DNA of 64,000 nucleotides from Janthinobacterium lividum (GTDB lineage Bacteria; Pseudomonadota; Alphaproteobacteria; Acetobacterales; Acetobacteraceae): NCBI GenBank assembly GCA_050920955.1, contig JBPBQS010000159.1, positions 2,272 to 66,271 of the forward strand, read 5' to 3'. Shown piece by piece: positions 58,293 to 64,000 of this stretch (position 1 is its first letter; each line of letters starts with the position of its first letter). The notes under the pieces were generated by a model. It saw only the letters and a program-made list of their open reading frames with translations, ran no database searches and was not told where the DNA came from. The position numbers and the translations under genes were made by a program.

Positions 58293-59359
58293 GCCGGCAG
58301 CACCGCGACCGGCGCCACGGCGTCCGGCACGGGCCCGACGCGCCGCTGCGGCCGTCGCGCCATGCCGTCGCGCATCATGCGCAGCAGCATGCCCTCGCGC
58401 AGCCCGCGGTCCGCCACGGTGACGTCGGCCGCCGGCCAGCAGCGGAAGATCGCCTCGAACACCGCGCACCCCGGCAGCACGAAGGCCGCGCGCTCCGCGC
58501 CCACGCACGGATGCTCGGCCAGCCCCGCCGGCCCGAGCGCGCGCAGGTCCGCGAGCGCCGCCATCGCCGCCACCCGCCCGAGCACGACGCCGTCGATCAG
58601 CGGCCTGCGATAGCGCGGCAGCCCCAGCGCCACCCCCGCGAGCGTCGTGACCGTCCCGCTGGTGCCCAGCAGCCGCACGCCGCCGCCGCGCATCTCGTGG
58701 GCGATGCAGTGCACCGCCTCGAACGCCGCCAGCCGCGCCGCGACGTCGGCCACCATCGCCGCATAGCCCGCCTCGGTGTGGCACGCCGCCCCGAACCGCT
58801 CGGCGAGCGTGACGACGCCCACCGGCAGGCTGGTGGTGCCGATCAGCTGCAGCGTGCCGCCGCCCACGCGCACCCAGGCCAGCTCGGTCGACCCCCCGCC
58901 GATGTCGAACAGCAGCGCGCGCCGGTCGTGCGGCCGCGACACCGCGGCCAGCAAGGGCGCGCAGCTCTCCAGCGCCAGCTCGGCCTCCTCGCGCGCCGTG
59001 ATCACGTCGATGTCGAGCCCGGTCTCCACGCGCACGCGGTCGATGAACTCGGCGCCGTTGGCAGCCCTGCGGCACGCCTCGGTGGCGATGGCGCGCAGCC
59101 TTCGCACCGGCCGACGCGACAGCCGGTTCGCGCAGGCGTGCAGCGCCGACATCGCGCGGTCCATGGCGGGCGGGCTGAGCGCGCCGGTGTCGTGCAGCCC
59201 CTCGCCGAGCCTGACGATGCGGCTGAAGCTGTCGAGCACGCGGAACCCGTCCGACGCGGGCGCGCCGACCAGCAGCCGACAGTTGTTGGTGCCCAGGTCC
59301 AGCGCGGCATACGCGCTGGCGGGCGGACGTCGCAGGACGTGCGGGGCGGGCTCGACCAT
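58289..59359 (-). CDS. ppx: Ppx/GppA family exopolyphosphatase
   Basis: ASKHA motifs ALDLGTNNCRLLV and FDIGGGSTE; 356 aa. It is the C-terminal part of an artefactual 902-aa ORF. Confidence 0.85.
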   Translation of the reverse strand: MVEPAPHVLRRPPASAYAALDLGTNNCRLLVGAPASDGFRVLDSFSRIVRLGEGLHDTGALSPPAMDRAMSALHACANRLSRRPVRRLRAIATEACRRAANGAEFIDRVRVETGLDIDVITAREEAELALESCAPLLAAVSRPHDRRALLFDIGGGSTELAWVRVGGGTLQLIGTTSLPVGVVTLAERFGAACHTEAGYAAMVADVAARLAAFEAVHCIAHEMRGGGVRLLGTSGTVTTLAGVALGLPRYRRPLIDGVVLGRVAAMAALADLRALGPAGLAEHPCVGAERAAFVLPGCAVFEAIFRCWPAADVTVADRGLREGMLLRMMRDGMARRPQRRVGPVPDAVAPVAVLPA

Positions 59360-59523
59360 GGGCTGAGGCTTCCGCGTCGTTGACCGTCCATTGTGTTGCC
59401 CGCGGCCCGGCGGGGGCAAGCGGCCATTTGCGCCCTGGCCCGCCATCCCGGGTTGCCGCTCCGCGGCCGAGGTGGTAGGCAACCCGCACGCAACCGGTGC
59501 CCGCCTCGCGCGGCGCCCCGGAT

Positions 59524-59597
59524 TGGGGGATAGTTTAGCGGTAGAACTCCCGGCTCTGACCCGGGCAGCCTTGGTTCGAATCCAGGTCCCCCAGCCA
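59524..59597 (+). tRNA. tRNA-Gln (anticodon CTG)
   Basis: Cloverleaf drawn by hand: acceptor TGGGGGA/TCCCCCA, anticodon stem CCCGG/CCGGG with loop CTCTGAC, T-loop TTCGAAT, encoded CCA. Confidence 0.88.
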
Positions 59598-59638
59598 CTC
59601 CGAACATCGTGCGACGCCCGCGCCCACCGGGAGCGGCC

Positions 59639-60727
59639 ATGACCGAGCACGACGAGGTCCGCCTCCTCTGCGACCGCGCGCTCTCCGGCCACCGCCGCCG
59701 CACCGTGCGCCAGACGCTCGCCGCCCTCGCCGACTCCCCCCTCGCCGACCTGCCGCCCGACTCCTACGGCGAGGGCGAGGCGATCGCCGGCCTGGAGCGC
59801 GAGGTCGCGGCCCTCCTCGGCAAGCCCGCCGCCCTGTTCGCCGTCAAGGGCGTCGCCGCCCAGCAGGCTGCCCTGCGCGCCTGGTCCGACCGCTCCGGCC
59901 GCCGCAACGTCGCACTCCACCCGAAAAGCCACATCGCCCTCGACGAGCGCGCCGCCTTCGAGCGCCTCCACCCCCTCGCCGGCGTGCGCCTCGGCGGCGA
60001 CCACGCGCCGTTCGACGCCGCCGACCTGGCGCGCGTGGCCGAGCCGCTCGGCGTGGTGACGATCGAGCTTCCCCTGCGCCGCGCCGGGTACCGCCTGCCC
60101 GAATGGGACGGCCTCGTGGCGATGTCGCAGTGGTGCCGCGCGCAAGGCGTGCCGCTGCACCTCGACGGCGCGCGCCTGTGGGAGGCGCAGCCGTACTACG
60201 ACCGCCCGCTCGCCGAGATCGCGGTCCTCGCCGACTCCGTCTACGTGTCCTGCTACAAGGGCCTCGGCGCCCTGGGCGGCGCGCTGCTCGCGGGCCCCGA
60301 GGACCTCGTCGCCGAAGCCCGCGTGTGGCACGCCCGCCACTGCGGCCCGCTCTACACCGCCTTCCCGTTCGTGCTCGGCGCCAGCGACGGCCTGCGCCGC
60401 CACCTGCCCCGCATGGGCGAGCACTTCCGCCGCGCGCAGGGCCTGGCGGCGACGCTCGCGACCCTGCCCGGCGTCACCCCCACGCCCGCGCCGCCGCAGT
60501 GCAACGCCTTCCGCCTCTGCCTGCCCGGCCGCCCCGACGCGCTGAAGGCCGCCCACCTGCACCTCGCGCGCGAGACCGGCGTGTGGCTGTTCGCAGGCTT
60601 CTCCGACACGCTGCTCCCCGGCCTCGCCGCCACGGAGGTCTCGATCGGCGACGCGGCCGACGACCTGGCCGACGACGAAATCGCCAGCCTCGTCGCCCGC
60701 CTCGTGGACGCCGCCCGCGACGCCTGA
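59639..60727 (+). CDS. threonine aldolase / beta-eliminating lyase family PLP enzyme
   Basis: YGEGEAIAGLEREVAALLGK, HLDGARLW and PLP-Lys SCYKGLGA motifs. Confidence 0.75.
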   Translation: MTEHDEVRLLCDRALSGHRRRTVRQTLAALADSPLADLPPDSYGEGEAIAGLEREVAALLGKPAALFAVKGVAAQQAALRAWSDRSGRRNVALHPKSHIALDERAAFERLHPLAGVRLGGDHAPFDAADLARVAEPLGVVTIELPLRRAGYRLPEWDGLVAMSQWCRAQGVPLHLDGARLWEAQPYYDRPLAEIAVLADSVYVSCYKGLGALGGALLAGPEDLVAEARVWHARHCGPLYTAFPFVLGASDGLRRHLPRMGEHFRRAQGLAATLATLPGVTPTPAPPQCNAFRLCLPGRPDALKAAHLHLARETGVWLFAGFSDTLLPGLAATEVSIGDAADDLADDEIASLVARLVDAARDA

Positions 60728-60740
60728 AGCGCCCGCCGCC

Positions 60741-61313
60741 TCAGCCCGCGAGCTGCCGGTTCCAACTCCGCGCGTCCGGGCGCAGCCGCGAGAACGCCGA
60801 CCCGCACTCCGCCGCCAGCGCCTGCAGGCCGGCCGCCGACACCTCGGCCTCCTCGCCCTGGCTCGCCCAGACCAGCTGCACCTGCGCGGACAGCAGCACC
60901 TGCAGCGCGCCGCGCGTGGCCGGCGTGATGCCGCCGCCGGTGGAGGCGTACAGCGTGCCGACCTGCCAGCCCTCGATGCTCGCCAGGCTGAGCGCATCGA
61001 TCACGCTCTCGGTCACCGCGATCCGCGTGGTCCTGATGTGCTCGCCGACCCTGAACAGCGACTTGCCGGCGTGGGAGCTGAAGCCGTTGTGGCGCGGCCC
61101 GCGCATCTCCCAGCCGGTGATTTCGCCCCGCGCGCCCTGGTGCATGGCCCAGATCGTGCCGTCGTCGCCCTCGCGCAGCCCGCCGCCGAACAGCGCGTTG
61201 TTGACGCTGAACGCCGGCACCCTGCGCATGCGCGTCAGGTAGTTCCACCCGGGCGAGCCGGCCGAGAGCACCGGCGCCCTGCGCCAGGCCTTCCTGATGT
61301 CCGTCGAGAACAT
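60741..61313 (-). CDS. DUF3991/Toprim domain protein (conjugative-primase-like, orphan)
   Basis: Toprim acidic motif RIAVTESVIDALS and a later STGGG, plus a DUF3991-like N-terminus (GEITGWEMRG). The upstream 250 bp is lower in GC. Confidence 0.65.
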   Translation of the reverse strand: MFSTDIRKAWRRAPVLSAGSPGWNYLTRMRRVPAFSVNNALFGGGLREGDDGTIWAMHQGARGEITGWEMRGPRHNGFSSHAGKSLFRVGEHIRTTRIAVTESVIDALSLASIEGWQVGTLYASTGGGITPATRGALQVLLSAQVQLVWASQGEEAEVSAAGLQALAAECGSAFSRLRPDARSWNRQLAG

Positions 61314-61566
61314 CCGTGCCCCCTGTGTCACGCCCGGAGTCCGGGCGTCGCACCTCTGCGACAGGTCGATCCGCAGGCTTGTCCAGGCGTGTCGTGCATC
61401 CGCGCCGCTCCGTGGCCGTTGTTCCCGGCCGAAGTCCATAGCGCGTAAGTGCCTGTCCGAGAATGGCCGCGCGGTATGGGAGTGTGTCAAGCAATGCCGG
61501 CCGGGCGGCCGACACGTCGCCGTCATGCGCCCGCGCGGACGGGGCGCCACGCGAGGGGAGAGACGG

Positions 61567-62091
61567 ATGGCGGACGAAGATGGCGAAATCAGGGTGAACC
61601 GCGCGCCGGTGCTGACCCTGTGGGCGGCGATCGTGGCCGAGCGCCTCGGCCACGACGCGGACGCGGCCATCACCCTCGGCCGCGCCGTCGCCGGCGCGAG
61701 CGCACGCGTCAAGGCCCGCTCCATCGGCCTGGAGGAACCCCACGCCGCCGCCGCCAAGCCGCCCCCGCCAGGCGAGCCCGCCCGCACCGTCCGCCTGCTC
61801 GGCCGCGAGATCCCGGTCGCGGACCACGACGGCAGCGACCACGCGCTCGACCACGGCCACCCCGCCCAGCCCGGCCCCGCCCGCGCCTACGTGGAGAAGG
61901 CGCTCGGCCCCCACCTGCCCGCCGTTCGCCGCGCCATGGAGGCCCTCGCCGACAGCCTCCCCCCCGACAAGCTGAACCGCACCGGCTTCCGCCTCTACGA
62001 GCACTTCCGCCCCGAGGTCGCGCCCGGCACGAAGGGCTGGGGCGCCAAGGGCGTGCTCGACCTCGCCCGCATCCGCGACGCCGCCGCGTGA
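61567..62091 (+). CDS. conserved hypothetical protein
   Basis: 174 aa with RVNRAPVLTLWAAIVAERLG and GWGAKGVLDL. No function recognised. Confidence 0.55.
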   Translation: MADEDGEIRVNRAPVLTLWAAIVAERLGHDADAAITLGRAVAGASARVKARSIGLEEPHAAAAKPPPPGEPARTVRLLGREIPVADHDGSDHALDHGHPAQPGPARAYVEKALGPHLPAVRRAMEALADSLPPDKLNRTGFRLYEHFRPEVAPGTKGWGAKGVLDLARIRDAAA

Positions 62092-63464
62092 GCGCCGCGG
62101 ACCGCGGCGTCCTCGGCCACCCGCGCGGCCTCGCCGTGCTGGCCGCGACCGAGGGCTGGATCGGCTTCTCGTTCTACGGCACGCAGTCGCTGCTGGTGCT
62201 GTTCATGACCGCCCGCCTGCTCCAGCCCGGCCACGCCGAGCGCGTCCTCGGCCTCCCCGCCCTGCGCGCCCTCCTCGGCCATCCCGCCCCCGCCGCCCTG
62301 GCCGCCGCGATCATGGGCCTCTACGGCGCGCTGGCGTACGCGACGCCGATCCTGGGCGGCCTGGCCGCGGACCGCCTGCTCGGCCGCACGCGCGCCGTGG
62401 CGCTGGGCGCGGTGCTGATGACCGCCGGCCACCTCCTCATGGCCTTCGAGCCGACCTTCCTCGTCGCCCTGTGCTGCCTGGTGTGCGGCATGGGCCTGGC
62501 CGGCACCCTCAAGGCCCAGGTCGGCGCCCTCTACGCCCGCGACGACCCCCGCCGCGCCGCCGCCTTCCAGCTCTACTCCATCGCCATCGGCATCGCCGTG
62601 ATCCTCGCCCCCCTGGCCTGCGGCACGCTCGGCGAGGCCGTGGACTGGCGCTGGGGCTTCCTCGCCGCCGCCGCCGGGATGCTGCTCGGCCTCGCGACCT
62701 ACGCCGCCGGCCGCCGCCTGCTCCCCCCCGAGCCGCCCCGCCGCCCCCCGGGCACGCGCGCGCCGCCCCTCGCCCCCGCCGACCGCCGCGCGATGGCGGC
62801 CCTGGCCGCCCTCCTGCCGGTGCTGGCCGTGGCTTCCGTCGGCAACATGGAGATCTTCAACGCCTACCTGGTCTGGGGCCGCGACAGCTACGCCTTGACC
62901 TTCGCCGGCCACGCCATGCCGGTGAGCTGGCTGCTCTCGCTCGACGCCCTGGTCGGCGTGGGCGCGCTGGCCGGCTCGCTCGCCTTCTGGCGCTGGTGGG
63001 CGCGCCGCTGGCGCACGCCGCACGAGCTGACCCGGATGGCCGCCGCCGCCGCGATCGCCGCCGCCGCCCCGCTGGTCCTGGCCGCCGCGTCGCACCACGT
63101 CGCCGGCGGCGGGCGCGTCGGCCTGGGCTGGGGCCTGGCGTTCCACGCCGTCAACGACATCGGCTTCGCGAACCTCTACCCCGTGGGCATGGCGCTGTAC
63201 TCGCGCGCCGCCCCGCCCGCCCTCGGCGCCACCGTGGTCAACGCCTACGCCCTGCACCTCTTCCTCTCCAACCTGCTCGTCGGCTGGCTCGCCGGCCTGC
63301 TGGGCACCATGCCCGCCGAACGCTTCTGGCTGCTCCACGCGGCCCTGGTCGGCGCAGCGGCGCTGGTTCTCCTGCTGTGCGCGCCGCTGTTCCGGCCTAT
63401 CCTCGCCGCCCAGGCCTCGGCGGCCGGCCCCGCCCCGGGACCGCCCCCCCTGCCCGCCCGCTGA
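62088..63464 (+). CDS. POT/PTR2-family (proton-dependent oligopeptide) MFS transporter
   Basis: GTG overlaps the previous stop. ERFSFYG-like EGWIGFSFYGTQ and GGLAADRLLGRTR motifs with multiple TM segments. Confidence 0.75.
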   Translation: MSAADRGVLGHPRGLAVLAATEGWIGFSFYGTQSLLVLFMTARLLQPGHAERVLGLPALRALLGHPAPAALAAAIMGLYGALAYATPILGGLAADRLLGRTRAVALGAVLMTAGHLLMAFEPTFLVALCCLVCGMGLAGTLKAQVGALYARDDPRRAAAFQLYSIAIGIAVILAPLACGTLGEAVDWRWGFLAAAAGMLLGLATYAAGRRLLPPEPPRRPPGTRAPPLAPADRRAMAALAALLPVLAVASVGNMEIFNAYLVWGRDSYALTFAGHAMPVSWLLSLDALVGVGALAGSLAFWRWWARRWRTPHELTRMAAAAAIAAAAPLVLAAASHHVAGGGRVGLGWGLAFHAVNDIGFANLYPVGMALYSRAAPPALGATVVNAYALHLFLSNLLVGWLAGLLGTMPAERFWLLHAALVGAAALVLLLCAPLFRPILAAQASAAGPAPGPPPLPAR

Positions 63465-63475
63465 CGGAGCACGGC

Positions 63476-64000
63476 ATGTCCCAGTCCCCCGCCGGCCGCC
63501 CGCTCGGCCACGTCGCGAGCCTCTGGCGCTTCCCGGTCAAGAGCATGGCAGGCGAGCCCCTGCCCTCCGCCTTCCTCGGCTACGCCGGCGTCTACGGCGA
63601 CCGCGTCTACGCGTTCCACAGCAGCACGGCCCACCCCCGCTTCCCCTACCTCACCGCCCGCGAGCGAGAGGCCATGCTCCTGTGCCGCCCCGCCTTCCTC
63701 CACCCCGACCGCATGGCCGCCCCCCCCAACCTCGCCGAGGCCGAGGCCGCACCCCCCGGCCTCACCCCCGTCTACGCCACCCCCGACGACGCCGCGCTCG
63801 AGGTCCAGCTCCCCACCGGCGAGCGCCTCCCCATCGACGACCCCGCCCTGGCCGCTTGGCTCGGCGAGGGCGGCCGCGACGGCCAGGTCCTGCGCCTCCT
63901 GCACTCCCACCACGCCATGACCGACTGCCGCCCGGTCTCCCTCCTCTCCGCCCAGACCGCCCGCCAGGTCGGCGACGAGTCCGGCCTCGCCGTCGACCCC
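63476..64000 (+). CDS. MOSC domain protein (N-terminal beta-barrel part; truncated by window end)
   Basis: Hand translation from the ATG at 63476 gives MSQSPAGRPLGHVASLWRFPVKSMAGEPL...GVYGDRVYAF. The frame is open to the window end and is absent from the track because it has no stop. Confidence 0.7.
   Translation, partial: MSQSPAGRPLGHVASLWRFPVKSMAGEPLPSAFLGYAGVYGDRVYAFHSSTAHPRFPYLTAREREAMLLCRPAFLHPDRMAAPPNLAEAEAAPPGLTPVYATPDDAALEVQLPTGERLPIDDPALAAWLGEGGRDGQVLRLLHSHHAMTDCRPVSLLSAQTARQVGDESGLAVDP

Noticed and set aside
59524-63464. A complete genomic island or prophage integrated at tRNA-Gln.
   Set aside because: There is no integrase, no phage or conjugation genes other than the small Toprim protein, and no repeat of the tRNA 3' end in the window. 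The neighbouring genes (aldolase-family enzyme, POT transporter, MOSC) look like ordinary chromosomal genes with host-like GC.

Overview
High-GC (about 70%) alphaproteobacterial chromosome segment, with Rhodospirillales/Acetobacteraceae-like gene order. It is almost entirely housekeeping. I call 54 protein genes and 2 tRNAs. They include pyrB, a pyrC-like gene, plsY, dprA, topA, rnr, rpmG, recQ, clpP, nnr, a split biotin cluster (bioA, bioB, bioF, bioD), a Pat-type acetyltransferase, tRNA-Trp-secE-nusG, ugd, a Wzm/Wzt polysaccharide exporter, guaA, rsmB, guaB, rlmE, ppx and tRNA-Gln. I found no transposase, integrase, CRISPR array, rRNA or recognisable defence or toxin-antitoxin cassette. The most unusual signal is non-coding. 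A dense family of modular hairpin repeats has 19 copies in 64 kb. Full copies are about 125 bp, built from two inverted arms that begin GGAAGCAAG and meet at a central CTTAAG. Every copy whose two flanks are visible in the window lies against a gene 3' end. One stem keeps its pairing through compensatory changes between copies. Several copies supply stop codons or C-terminal residues to housekeeping genes. Secondary observations include a pyrB-coupled dihydroorotase homolog lacking the HxH metal motif, a degenerate EAL protein upstream of a translationally coupled DUF3253-DUF1499-ABC trio, and an RTX-like secreted protein plus an AT-rich inverted-repeat island inside the bio cluster. Others are a break in secE-nusG-rplK synteny, an orphan DUF3991/Toprim gene near tRNA-Gln, and Lys/Ala/Pro-rich tails on TopA and RlmE. 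All product calls rest on motif recognition in the supplied translations. No database search was possible, and many long ORFs in the track are high-GC artefacts.
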